A DNA stretch of 64,000 nucleotides from an uncultured Thermoleophilia bacterium (GTDB taxonomy: Bacteria > Actinomycetota > Thermoleophilia > UBA2241), in contig CAZHMG010000003.1 of the NCBI GenBank assembly GCA_964533575.1, positions 10,276 through 74,275 on the forward strand. The letters run 5' to 3'. Shown here piece by piece: positions 20,901-29,365 of the stretch; the stretch's first letter is position 1, and every line of letters begins with the position of its first letter. The translations under genes and the position numbers were made by a program. The notes beneath the pieces were generated by a model. It saw only the letters and a program-made list of their open reading frames with translations. It made no database searches and was not told the origin of the DNA.

Positions 20901-22950
20901 CGCTCCCCTCGAGAAGGGCGAGTACCTGCCGGAGGTGCTGCTCGCCGGCAGGGGAGACCTGATCCGTGCGCCGCGCACCGTCGTGGCTGAGTACGATGGT
21001 GACCTGGGGATGTCACGGGCGAAGACAGGCTTCCCGCGTCACAGACTCTTTGTGCCGGTGATGTCACGCGGCCGTCTCATGGGCTTTCTGACCGTCGAGG
21101 CTCCGGAGTCGCGGCAGGGGTTCACCCCCGGTGAGGTGAGGACGGTGGAGGCGATTGCCGACCAGGCCGCCACCGCCATCGAGAACGCACGGCTGTACGA
21201 CGCGGAGGTCGAGGCTCAGCGCCGCGCCGCGCGCGAGCTGGAGACGTCCCAACTGCTCCTCACGACCGCTTCCGCCTTCAGCTCGGAGACGGATCCCAGG
21301 CAACTCCTCAATGTGGTCACCGAAACGCTGATGCGTCGTTTCGACGAGGCCCGCGTGTCGATCACGTTGCGTCATGACGACGTGGAGACGATTGTCGCCA
21401 CCTCCGGCGGCCACGCCTACCCTGTCGGGACCGTCTTCAGGCGCGAGGAGTACTCCAAGCCGGCCCTCGAGGCCATGGAGACGGGCCGCGCCGTCGCAAT
21501 CGACTATGAGGTGCTGCCTCCCGAGGAGCGCGGTACGTCCTGCCAGTACGGCATGTGCAACAGCATTGTCGCTCCGCTCGTCACCCGCGGCCGGACCATC
21601 GGCATCCTGGTCATCGACCAAGCCAACGCTCGCACCGTCTTCACGGAGCGGGATGTGCGTCTTGCCCAGGCCATCGCCGACCAGGCCGCCGTCGCGATCG
21701 ACAACGCCATGATGCTCGACAAGGAGCGCGAGGACGCGCGCTTCGGCGAAGCGCTCGACGAGGCGGGGAAGCTGCTGCACTCTTCGCTGGACGACGACAC
21801 CATTCTGGCCGGCGCGCTGCAGTCCGGGGCACGCGCGCTGCTCGCCATCTCCGGCGTGATCGCAGTCATCGAGCGGGGAAGATGGGTCGCGAAGTGCCAG
21901 GTCGGCTTCTCGCCGGATGTTGTCGGACGCTCGTGGCCTGATGAAACGGTGCCGTTCATGGCGCAGGTTCGGCGACAGCGTGGACCGGCGATCATGAGGG
22001 ACGCGCAGGGCGGCGATAGACATCTGGCCGGGAGCGCGACCCCGCCGTCTGTCGGCTCTACGCTGGCGATTCCGCTGACGGTCGGGGAGGAGGTCGTCGG
22101 CGTGCTCGTCTACAACAAGGCCGAGATCGATGCGTTCTCGGAGGCGGAAGTGACGTTTGCCGGCAGGCTCGCGCGCTCCGTTTCGCTCGCCCTGCAGAAC
22201 GCGCGGCTCTTTGCGAACGAGCACACCATCGCCGAGACGCTGCAGGAGGCGCTGCTCGCCATGCCGGAAGCGGTGCCCGGCTTCACCATCGCCCACACGT
22301 ACCACTCCGCAACAGTGGCGGCTCGGGTGGGCGGTGACTTCTACGACGTCTTCGAGATCGCCGACGACGTCGTCGGCGTCGTCGTGGGCGACATCTCAGG
22401 CAAGGGTCTTGACGCAGCCGTGTTCACCTCAGTGGTCAAGAACGCGATCCGGGCCCAGGCCATGGACGAGGGCAAGTCGCCGGCAGACGTGCTGCGCGTC
22501 GTCAACGAGGTCCTGCTGCGCAGTTCGGCGCCGGAGATCTTCGCTTCCGTCTTCTTCGCGATCATCGAGAACGGGCACGTCGTGTACTGCAATGCAGGCC
22601 ACACGCCGGCACTGCTCCTGCATCACGACCTCAGTCTCGAGTGGTTGCCGCATACATCGCCCGTGGTGGGCGCCTTCCCGGACATGCCCTTTGTTTGCGC
22701 GGAGGCCCGTATCGAGCCCGGCGAGCTGCTCTTCCTCTACACAGACGGGCTCGTCGAGGCGCGCGTGGACGGCGTCCTCTTCGGCGAACACGGGCTCCTC
22801 GCACTGTTCGCCGAGCCGGGGATGAATGACGCCGCCTCGGCGGTGAATCGTGTGTCCGCCGCCGTGGTCGAGTTCGCCGAAGGCCGGCTGTCGGACGACC
22901 TCGCCCTGCTCGCCATCACGCCGGACGGCGCCTCCGGGTTCACGCGTTAG
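17905..22950 (+). CDS. Giant multidomain signalling protein (~1680 aa): N-terminal RsbW-like HATPase_c_2 kinase domain, two PAS, at least four GAF domains, C-terminal PP2C (SpoIIE-type) phosphatase
   Basis: It is a paralog of the 1401..4835 gene (PRLEFSLPYDPARLLRARVRLREYL vs PRLIFRLPPDPSRLLRARERMRDYL). HATPase motifs are EVILAIMEAATNALRHSG...GQGFD...GRGLFLM. The PAS domain contains DWEFRYLYVNRASERLARHSRQEVIGRCVFDVFP. Repeated GAF-like blocks each end ...ALQNARL(Y/F). The C-terminus is VGGDFYDVFEIADDVVGVVVGDISGKGLDAAVFTSVVKNAIRA...YTDGLVEAR. Confidence 0.85.
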   Translation: MVSQTDVGEAGSVPRLEFSLPYDPARLLRARVRLREYLSHLTTEEHTVDEVILAIMEAATNALRHSGGSGSFDIRLSVEDDELVAVVRDDGQGFDPSGFHRDETPDPLSIGGRGLFLMTRLMDAVDFSFDGGCQVLMRKRLALAPGFTPLGFARAASPERMHDGLNERLIEMLEDGDEAFTALDWEFRYLYVNRASERLARHSRQEVIGRCVFDVFPTMKESVYERNYRLAMEEGVVAYFEARFEPYGAWDELRVYPAPFGIAIYFRDITERKRVEAEHRELLSAVERQRAQLGAVLEHLNEGVVVVDAEAKVLQANAAARRMGGFDRERVSRVPDMWSEFELLTLSGRRLAAHELPGERVARGERFSGLELTVRNQESGRELLVSFDGVPVRDEQGQVALGLLAIHDISDRKREEAREALHGAVVRGVTEILEAALACTDEEALGRVCLRVAEGVTQSEFGFIDEIVEGDRLAGIAMSDAGYGACSVGEHPGFVEGKASDKAALIRGLHGEVVRCGEAFYTNDPATHPASEGLPAGHVPLHAFLGAPLKRGAETIGVVAVGNRAGGYGDDQRWALESLASVIVQAIDRLRARAALQESLARTRVLARIAAAAAGADSAEQVSEAVLVAAALHLGLKAGSVNCLDEVHGELQRCATFGAAYGDDPSLRLAIPMDDTFNVGRMLSGGLPYMTHESPGQSEASRARFAGMGFAGDSWVKVPIKTSERVLGAMTLVFPGKRAFHRDDIAFYGAVADQLGVALQRARLADERETQRRLLQRTAHLSLTLDVVNDAVRGVVEPLSALAQGAHLAAAALGARLSSLHLLSDGTWQELRRENDAILSRPCAAEEVPLGDLVREVMRPVAFCRLPGAAALLSEGAPRSECLLGAPLASGGEMLGAVFFASEEAREYTQAELDFARKVGVALGGALQNRQLYVALNEQLELSHLLLRASKVLTQWTDLAAMLERLTDVLLLSAPGSRVGVVLVHPERHHAELAASKGIAPLEKGEYLPEVLLAGRGDLIRAPRTVVAEYDGDLGMSRAKTGFPRHRLFVPVMSRGRLMGFLTVEAPESRQGFTPGEVRTVEAIADQAATAIENARLYDAEVEAQRRAARELETSQLLLTTASAFSSETDPRQLLNVVTETLMRRFDEARVSITLRHDDVETIVATSGGHAYPVGTVFRREEYSKPALEAMETGRAVAIDYEVLPPEERGTSCQYGMCNSIVAPLVTRGRTIGILVIDQANARTVFTERDVRLAQAIADQAAVAIDNAMMLDKEREDARFGEALDEAGKLLHSSLDDDTILAGALQSGARALLAISGVIAVIERGRWVAKCQVGFSPDVVGRSWPDETVPFMAQVRRQRGPAIMRDAQGGDRHLAGSATPPSVGSTLAIPLTVGEEVVGVLVYNKAEIDAFSEAEVTFAGRLARSVSLALQNARLFANEHTIAETLQEALLAMPEAVPGFTIAHTYHSATVAARVGGDFYDVFEIADDVVGVVVGDISGKGLDAAVFTSVVKNAIRAQAMDEGKSPADVLRVVNEVLLRSSAPEIFASVFFAIIENGHVVYCNAGHTPALLLHHDLSLEWLPHTSPVVGAFPDMPFVCAEARIEPGELLFLYTDGLVEARVDGVLFGEHGLLALFAEPGMNDAASAVNRVSAAVVEFAEGRLSDDLALLAITPDGASGFTR

Positions 22951-23142
22951 CCGGGGCTGGCTGCGCCGCACCGGCTGCCTCTCCCTTCCGCCGCCCTTCC
23001 CGCCTCGTTCTGATTTCCGCCGGGGCAACGGCGCAAAGGGGGAGGAGTATCGCCAGACTCTGCCGAAAAACGCTCACATCGCACGATGCCGGCGCCGATG
23101 GTGCCCCGGCAGGCTATGGAGCGTTTGACGGAGGCGCACGAC

Positions 23143-23544
23143 ATGAGAACCGGTATGCTGACCACTCGCAAGCTGCGCAGCACCAGTGATCTGCAGAGCC
23201 TGCGCGAGTGGTTGCGGGGTGAGCTCGCCTCGTACGCCGACAGAGCATTGGTGGCTGACGTGGTCGTGGCCACCCAGGAGGCGGTGACCAACTCACTCCG
23301 CTCTCACGGCGAAGGCACGCGCCCCGTCAAAGTGAGACTCACTGTCGATGATGACTACCTTTGGGTGGAGGTCGAGGACTGTGGTTCCGGCTTCCTGAGG
23401 GTCGAGACATGGTGCCAGCGGCCGTCTTCCGATGCCGTCCACGGACGCGGGCTTTATCTCATGCGGACCCTCATGGATGTCCTTGAGATCTCCTCTTACC
23501 CGGCGGGGTCACGCGTTCGCATGGGGAAGCGCCTCGTCGCCTGA
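23143..23544 (+). CDS. Anti-sigma regulatory factor (RsbW/SpoIIAB-like Ser/Thr kinase, HATPase_c_2), stand-alone
   Basis: MRTGMLTTRKL...ADVVVATQEAVTNSLRSHGEG...VEVEDCGSGF...HGRGLYLMRTLMD. GGAGG lies 8 nt before ATG 23143. The in-frame 23086 start is less likely. Confidence 0.8.
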   Translation: MRTGMLTTRKLRSTSDLQSLREWLRGELASYADRALVADVVVATQEAVTNSLRSHGEGTRPVKVRLTVDDDYLWVEVEDCGSGFLRVETWCQRPSSDAVHGRGLYLMRTLMDVLEISSYPAGSRVRMGKRLVA

Positions 23545-23718
23545 CGTCGTCCCCCGGCGCACGCATCTGACACGCGCCCGTTCACCGCGATTCCAGCCGG
23601 CTGTGGCCGTCAACGCCGCGGTCGGGTACCATCAGGACCATCTCACGCCGCCTCGATGCGTGAGCCGTGCGCTTGCGGGTAACACTGCTCGTACTGAGGC
23701 CGAAGGAGGGAGAGCGGT

Positions 23719-24546
23719 GTGAGCGTCGGATACGTTGAAGTCGGCGGCGGCAGACTCTGGTATGAGGAGGCCGGCGAAGGGCCATCCATCGTCCTTCTCC
23801 ACGCGGAAGCCGCCGATTGCCGCATGTGGGACGCGCAGTGGGACGTCTTTCGCGAGCACTTCCATGTCATCCGCCTGGATCTCCCTGGCTCCGGTCACTC
23901 TCCATACCCCGACCAGCCGTGGCGTGAGACCGAGTTGCTCGAGGGCCTGCTCGACACGCTGGGCGTGAAGCAGGCCGCGGTGATCGGGGCAGGCCTTGGC
24001 GGGGCGCTCGCGACCGACTTCGCCATCGAGCGCCCCGAGCGCGTGTGGGCCCTGGTCGCGGCGTCGGTATCGCCTTATGGGCAGGACGGCAACTACGCCG
24101 ATCTGCGCGCCGCGGAAGTGCTCACTTTGCTTGTGGCCGGAAGACCCGGGCGCGCGGCCGATCTGTACCTCGACGTCTGGTGCCCGTTGCGAACGTCATC
24201 CGAGCTCGACGCGCGTATCCAAGGGATGGTGCACGAGAACATCGCCATGCTCACTCAGATTCCGAACGGTCGCATGCAGCTGACGCAGCACTGGGCGGGA
24301 GATCGGGCCCGTGAGATCCAAGCCCCGGCTCTGGTGATCTGGGGTGACAAGGACGCCAAGTCGGCGCAGGCGGCCGCCCAGCGCCTGGCGACCACGATCC
24401 GGCACGCTGTGGCCATGGTGCTCCCCGGGGTCGACCATTTCGTCGCGATGCGAGCGCCGCAGCTGTTCACCGGCGAGGTCATGAGCTTCCTCAACCACGC
24501 CGTGGCCGAGGGAGCGGAGGCAGGTGTGGCGGGCGAGGGCCGTTGA
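23719..24546 (+). CDS. Alpha/beta hydrolase fold protein
   Basis: GGGRLWYEEAGEGPSIVLLHAEAADCRMWD... followed by IGAGLGGALA (nucleophile elbow). GGAGGGAGAG SD precedes GTG 23719. Confidence 0.85.
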   Translation: MSVGYVEVGGGRLWYEEAGEGPSIVLLHAEAADCRMWDAQWDVFREHFHVIRLDLPGSGHSPYPDQPWRETELLEGLLDTLGVKQAAVIGAGLGGALATDFAIERPERVWALVAASVSPYGQDGNYADLRAAEVLTLLVAGRPGRAADLYLDVWCPLRTSSELDARIQGMVHENIAMLTQIPNGRMQLTQHWAGDRAREIQAPALVIWGDKDAKSAQAAAQRLATTIRHAVAMVLPGVDHFVAMRAPQLFTGEVMSFLNHAVAEGAEAGVAGEGR

Positions 24547-24624
24547 GGAAGGTCGCCGAGGTTGGCCTTGGAGCATCCTCAGAGCAGGTGCTGACTGAGA
24601 CCGGGTTACGTCGCGGGAGGGATC

Positions 24625-26514
24625 ATGGTTTCGCAAACAGAGGCGGCGGAGCACACGCCGAGTCGGGAGGTGGTGTGCGATCTAGCCCGCCAGCTTCGTT
24701 CCGACAGCATCCGCTGCACCAGCTCCGCGGGCTCAGGACATCCCAGTTCGAGCCTGTCGGCGGCGGATCTCATGGCTGTGCTGCTGGCATGGCACCTTCG
24801 CTACGACTGGGAAACACCCGATCTGGCCAACAACGACCATCTCGTGTTCTCAAAGGGCCATGCGTCGCCGCTGCTCTACGCGATGTTCAAGGCGGCCGGC
24901 GTGATCTCCGACGACGACCTGATCGGGACCTATCGCCGCGCCGGCTCCCTGCTGCAGGGTCACCCGACGCCGGCGCTGCCGTGGGTCGACGTCGCGACCG
25001 GCTCGCTCGGCCAGGGCCTGCCCGACGCAGTCGGGATCGCCCTGGCAGGGAAGTACCTGGACCGGCTCGACTACCACGTCTGGGTTCTCTGCGGCGACGG
25101 CGAGATGGCCGAAGGGTCCATGTGGGAGGCCCTCGGTAGGGCCGCCTACTACTCCCTCGGCAATCTCACGGCCATCGTCGACGTCAATCGCCTCGGTCAG
25201 CGCGGCCCCACCGAGCTCGAATGGGACATGGACGCGTACAAGCGCCGCGTCGAGGCGTTCGGCTGCGCGGCCCATATCGTTAACGGTCATGACGTCGACG
25301 CGATCGATGCCGCCTGTGCGGCCTCGCGGGGCGGCAAGCAGCCCAGCGTCATTCTGGCGCGCACCCTCAAAGGCAAGTGCGTGCCGGAGATCGAGGACAA
25401 GGGCGACTGGCATGGCAAGCCGCTGCCGGCCGACATCGCCGACCGAGCCGTGAAGAGGCTCGGCGGGGTGCGTCACCTGCGTGTCACAGGATCGCGTCCC
25501 CTTCCGTGGAGCAGCGCCGTCGTCCCGCGCCCGGACGCCGTCATCGAGTTGCCGCAGTACGCCGTGGGCGATCTGGTGGCGACGAGGAAGGCGTACGGCC
25601 AGGCTCTGGCTGCGGTGGGCGCCCGGCCGGAAGTGGTCGTGCTGGACGGAGAGGTGAGCAACTCGACCTTCTCGCAGGAGTTTCGAAAGGCGCACCCCGA
25701 GCGCTTCTTCGAGATGTTCATCGCGGAGCAGCAGCTCGTCGCCGCGGCCGTGGGCCTCAGCGTTCGCGGCTACATTCCGTTCGCCTCCACATTCGCGGCG
25801 TTCCTCACGAGAGCATACGACTTCATTCGCATGGCCGGCGTCTCAGAGGCCGACATCCGGCTGTGCGGCTCTCATGCGGGCGTCGAGATAGGGGAAGACG
25901 GTCCGTCGCAGATGGCGCTCGAAGACATCGCCATGATGCGCGCCGTCTACGGTTCCATCGTCCTCTACCCGAGCGACGCCGTCTCGACGGCCTCGCTGGT
26001 GCGAACGATGGCCGATACTCCCGGAATCGTGTACATGCGCACGACTCGGGGCGCCTACCCCGTCCTCTACGGTCCCGACGACACGTTCCCGGTCGGCGGT
26101 TCACAGCTCTTGCTGTCGTCAGACGAGGACGTCGTCACCCTGGTCGGCGCCGGCGTCACGGTGTACACATGCCTTGAGGCCGCGAAGGAATTGGCGGACG
26201 AGGGCATCAGCGCGCGCGTCATTGACCTGTACTCGATCAAGCCGGTCGACAACGAGGCGCTCGAGCAAGCCGTCGCGGCAACGGGAGGACGTCTCGTCGT
26301 CGTCGAGGATCACTACCGGCAGGGCGGCATCGGCGCGGCGGTGATGGAGGCGTTCGCCGAGAGCCGGCGGCAGCCGCGCATCGCTCACCTCGCGGTGAGC
26401 GGCCTGCCCGGCTCCGGGCCGAACGACGAGCTCATGGATAAGGCCGGCATCTCGGTGCGACACGTTTGTGCGGCGGCCCGCCGGCTGGCTGAAGAGCGAC
26501 CGGCGACAGCCTGA
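24625..26514 (+). CDS. tkt: Transketolase (fused N- and C-terminal sections, short ~630 aa type)
   Basis: SAGSGHPSSSLSAADLMAVLLAWHL...GSLGQGLPDAVGIALAGKYLD...VLCGDGEMAEGSMWEA (TPP-binding) is followed by a pyrimidine-binding and C-terminal transketolase domain. GGGAGGG SD is upstream. Confidence 0.85.
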   Translation: MVSQTEAAEHTPSREVVCDLARQLRSDSIRCTSSAGSGHPSSSLSAADLMAVLLAWHLRYDWETPDLANNDHLVFSKGHASPLLYAMFKAAGVISDDDLIGTYRRAGSLLQGHPTPALPWVDVATGSLGQGLPDAVGIALAGKYLDRLDYHVWVLCGDGEMAEGSMWEALGRAAYYSLGNLTAIVDVNRLGQRGPTELEWDMDAYKRRVEAFGCAAHIVNGHDVDAIDAACAASRGGKQPSVILARTLKGKCVPEIEDKGDWHGKPLPADIADRAVKRLGGVRHLRVTGSRPLPWSSAVVPRPDAVIELPQYAVGDLVATRKAYGQALAAVGARPEVVVLDGEVSNSTFSQEFRKAHPERFFEMFIAEQQLVAAAVGLSVRGYIPFASTFAAFLTRAYDFIRMAGVSEADIRLCGSHAGVEIGEDGPSQMALEDIAMMRAVYGSIVLYPSDAVSTASLVRTMADTPGIVYMRTTRGAYPVLYGPDDTFPVGGSQLLLSSDEDVVTLVGAGVTVYTCLEAAKELADEGISARVIDLYSIKPVDNEALEQAVAATGGRLVVVEDHYRQGGIGAAVMEAFAESRRQPRIAHLAVSGLPGSGPNDELMDKAGISVRHVCAAARRLAEERPATA

Positions 26515-26583
26515 GGAGGGATTGGGCCGGTGACCTGATCGCCTGGCTTTGGGGAGCGGCAGGCGGCCTGGCGCCTCCAGGCG

Positions 26584-27420
26584 TCAGGATCTGATGCGCG
26601 GCTCGAGCCAGGCGATCAGGTCGGCGAAGACGACGTCCCGCCCGGACTCGTTGTAGATCTCGTGGAAATACCCCTCGTAGCGCCGGCTCGTCTTGTCTTG
26701 TGACGCCGCCCCGGTGAACAGGGCTTCGCTGCCCGCTGGGGCGGTGATGACGTCCGCGCCGCCATACTGGAGCAGCAGCGGCAGACGAAGGGCGGGAGCC
26801 GCGGCCAAAGCCTCCGCCTGCGCCGCCAGCGTCTCGACTCCCCACCGCGCCGTCGCCACCCGATGAATGAGCTCGTCGGAGTAGCACGCGCTGACCACGT
26901 CGGGATCGTGCGACAAGTCCTCAGCCCGCAGCGGATTGCCGACGTCACACGCGGGTACGACGCGCGAGAGCACCTTGGCTGCGGCGAGCTTCGCCCCGGA
27001 TACCGGCAGTGCGAGGCGGATCAGTGGTGACGAAAGGACAAGGAGGTCAGGGGCATCGGCGGCGGTCTGCACCTGGCGCGTCGCGATGAGCCCCCCGAGA
27101 CTATGGCCCAGGAGTACCAGCGGTCGCCCGGGATGGTCGTGACGAAGGGCCGCGACGAGCGCCGCTCCCGCATCGACGTAGCGGCTGAAGCGATCGATGT
27201 GTCCGCGGCGACCAGGGGAACGGCCGTGTCCGGGCAGGTCAACGGCGTGAACGGCGTAGCCGTGGGAGACGAGCGCGTGCGCCAGTATTGAGTAGCGGCC
27301 GCCGTGCTCGCCGTACCCGTGGAGGACCGCGACGATTGCGGCCGGTTCTCCGGACGGGATCCAGGCGCGCGTGGACAGGGTCCCCGACGACGTTCGAAGT
27401 GTTCCGACGCTCTGGCGCAC
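26584..27420 (-). CDS. Alpha/beta hydrolase (lysophospholipase / monoglyceride lipase-like)
   Basis: AIVAVLHGYGEHGGRYSILAHALVSHGYAVHAVDLPGHGRSPG...LLGHSLGGLIA. Confidence 0.8.
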   Translation of the reverse strand: MRQSVGTLRTSSGTLSTRAWIPSGEPAAIVAVLHGYGEHGGRYSILAHALVSHGYAVHAVDLPGHGRSPGRRGHIDRFSRYVDAGAALVAALRHDHPGRPLVLLGHSLGGLIATRQVQTAADAPDLLVLSSPLIRLALPVSGAKLAAAKVLSRVVPACDVGNPLRAEDLSHDPDVVSACYSDELIHRVATARWGVETLAAQAEALAAAPALRLPLLLQYGGADVITAPAGSEALFTGAASQDKTSRRYEGYFHEIYNESGRDVVFADLIAWLEPRIRS

Positions 27421-27478
27421 GGCCCAACTCTACAACCGTCGCCGGCCGCCTGCGATGCAGGCGCTCGCCCGGGGCAGG

Positions 27479-27781
27479 CTAGGCCGCTCTCTCCCGCACC
27501 CGCACCGTCCGGTTGAGCAACTTGAAGAAGTCGCTGGGTTCGCCTTCGCGGTTGATGTCCTGATAGAGGAACTCCAGCTCTTTGTCCTCGAAGATGGTGA
27601 AGAATTCGTCCCACGTGATCTTCTCCAGCCAGGAACCATGGCTGCCGGGGAAGTCGAGACGCAGGCCGCTGGCTTCGTTGCCAGGCCCTGTGCCTCTGAC
27701 TGCCGCGGGCGTCGCGCCTCGCTGTTCGGCCCATCGCCGGATCGTGGCGTGATCCGTCGTGCGTTTCGTCGTCCCGGCCAT
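27479..27781 (-). CDS. Hypothetical conserved small protein (100 aa)
   Basis: MAGTTKRTTDHATIRRWAEQRGATPAAV...WDEFFTIFEDKELEFLYQD... GGGAGG lies upstream of the ATG at complement 27779-27781. It is the last gene of the minus-strand TopIB-Ku cluster. Confidence 0.5.
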   Translation of the reverse strand: MAGTTKRTTDHATIRRWAEQRGATPAAVRGTGPGNEASGLRLDFPGSHGSWLEKITWDEFFTIFEDKELEFLYQDINREGEPSDFFKLLNRTVRVRERAA

Positions 27782-27890
27782 GACCGCCTCCCGCGGAGAT
27801 GACTGCTTCGTTCGGTTCACGTGTAGCCGAGGCGACGGGAATTCAAACGCGTGACGGTTGTCGCCTCTCCGGGCGGACGCAGGGATGCGG

Positions 27891-28736
27891 TCAGCGGGAG
27901 GCATGGCGCTCCGCCATGTCGCCGGCGGCCTCGCCTTGCGTCTGCTGACGTTCGACACTCGCCTTGAGGAGGGTCATGATGTCGACGACCTCGGCCTCCT
28001 GCTCCTCGGCGACGCGGGCGGGCTCCAGCACCTCGTGCTCCTGCCCCGCCTCGACCTTGCGCTTTACGAGGTCCAGCACTTCGTCGCGGTACTGGTCGCG
28101 GTACTGCTCCGGTTGCCACGTCTCGACCATGGCCGAGACCAGCTGCTCGGCGAGGGCGACCTCGCGGTCCTTGACGCCGAGGGCCTCGAGATCCTCATCG
28201 GGAATCTCGAGCTCGGCGGTCCCGCGCAGCTCATGCGCGTAGCGCAGCTGCTCGAGCACCAGCACGGTACCGACGGGGAGCACGGCGGCGAGGTACTCCT
28301 TGGTGCGCATGACGATCTTGGCGATAGCCACATGGCGGCTGCGGCGGAGCGCCTCGCGCAGGAGGGCGTACCCCTTTTGGCCCCCCTGTGTGGGGACGAC
28401 GTAGTAGGGCCGGTCGAAGTAGCGAGGATCTATCTCGTCGGTGGAGACGAACGCCTGGATGTCGATCGTGTGGGTGGCCTTGGGATCGACGGCGTCGAGC
28501 TCCTCCTCGCTGACCACCACATACCGGTCTGGCGCGTACTCGTAGCCCTTGATGACGTCGCCCCACTCCACCTCTCGCCCGGTCTGTTCGTTGATGCGGT
28601 GCTCCCGTACGGGGGTGAGCGTCGAACGGTCGAGCTGACGAAAACGCAGCGCATCGCGGCTCTCGGCCGCGTAGAGCGCTACCGGCACGTTGACGAGCCC
28701 GAAGCTTATGGCGCCTTTCCAGATCGGACGAGGCAT
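27891..28736 (-). CDS. ku: Ku protein (non-homologous end joining DNA-binding protein)
   Basis: MPRPIWKGAISFGLVNVPVALYAAESRDALRFRQL...YFDRPYYVVP... is the canonical bacterial Ku core with an acidic/basic C-terminal tail. The start is at ATG complement 28734-28736 inside the longer ORF 27891..29162. Confidence 0.9.
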   Translation of the reverse strand: MPRPIWKGAISFGLVNVPVALYAAESRDALRFRQLDRSTLTPVREHRINEQTGREVEWGDVIKGYEYAPDRYVVVSEEELDAVDPKATHTIDIQAFVSTDEIDPRYFDRPYYVVPTQGGQKGYALLREALRRSRHVAIAKIVMRTKEYLAAVLPVGTVLVLEQLRYAHELRGTAELEIPDEDLEALGVKDREVALAEQLVSAMVETWQPEQYRDQYRDEVLDLVKRKVEAGQEHEVLEPARVAEEQEAEVVDIMTLLKASVERQQTQGEAAGDMAERHASR

Positions 28737-28890
28737 TCGTGGGCCTTTCGTTGCGTCAGCGATGGTGCCTGTGACACACAGGCTTCCCGCCCGCAGGATG
28801 GGACAAACGGGACGCGAACGAGGACACTCGCGGCTGAGGCCGAGCGGGGCGGGAGACTCAGCCTGGCCGCGGGGCGGCCCGGCTCGCGCA

Positions 28891-29268
28891 CTACTTGTGC
28901 AGCTCGTCGTGCACGTGGTCGAGGAACGCTTGGCCGGCGCGCTCGCTGAGGAGACCAGCCACCTGCTCGGTGGCGCCGCGATCCTCAAAGGATGGAAGAC
29001 GCAGCGGGGCGCTTCTGAAGCCGCCCCGTTCGCGCACCACGCCGAGGTCGGAATGTCCGAGATCGCCCAAGGCGGCAACGGCGTCGAGCATGAGCGTTCG
29101 CTCGCGCTGGCCGTCACCCGCGTCGCGCGTCTCCATGCACATGAGGTACACGACCTGGTCATGCAGCAGGTAGGCGGGCTTGCCGGTCAGCAGTCGCCGC
29201 AGCGCTGCTGCCGGGACGTTGTCCACGGCCCGCTCCTGCGGATAGTCGAGAAGCTGCCACTTGCCCAT
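28891..29268 (-). CDS. Hypothetical protein (125 aa) between hemerythrin and Ku
   Basis: MGKWQLLDYPQERAVDNVPAAALRRLL... AGGAGG lies 6 nt upstream of the ATG. No family recognised. Confidence 0.5.
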   Translation of the reverse strand: MGKWQLLDYPQERAVDNVPAAALRRLLTGKPAYLLHDQVVYLMCMETRDAGDGQRERTLMLDAVAALGDLGHSDLGVVRERGGFRSAPLRLPSFEDRGATEQVAGLLSERAGQAFLDHVHDELHK

Positions 29269-29365
29269 GTTCGCCTCCTGCTGATGATCTTGGACTCGTC
29301 GTGCGTGTCGCCGAAAGCGGTCCGGCGGCCGGTTCAGGGGGAGGTCGGCCGCCGGACCGCAACCG

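Noticed and set aside
22950-23800. Looked for a STAS anti-anti-sigma gene adjacent to the stand-alone RsbW
   Set aside because: No ~110-aa ORF with STAS features was found on either strand. The flanking genes are the giant PP2C protein and an alpha/beta hydrolase.
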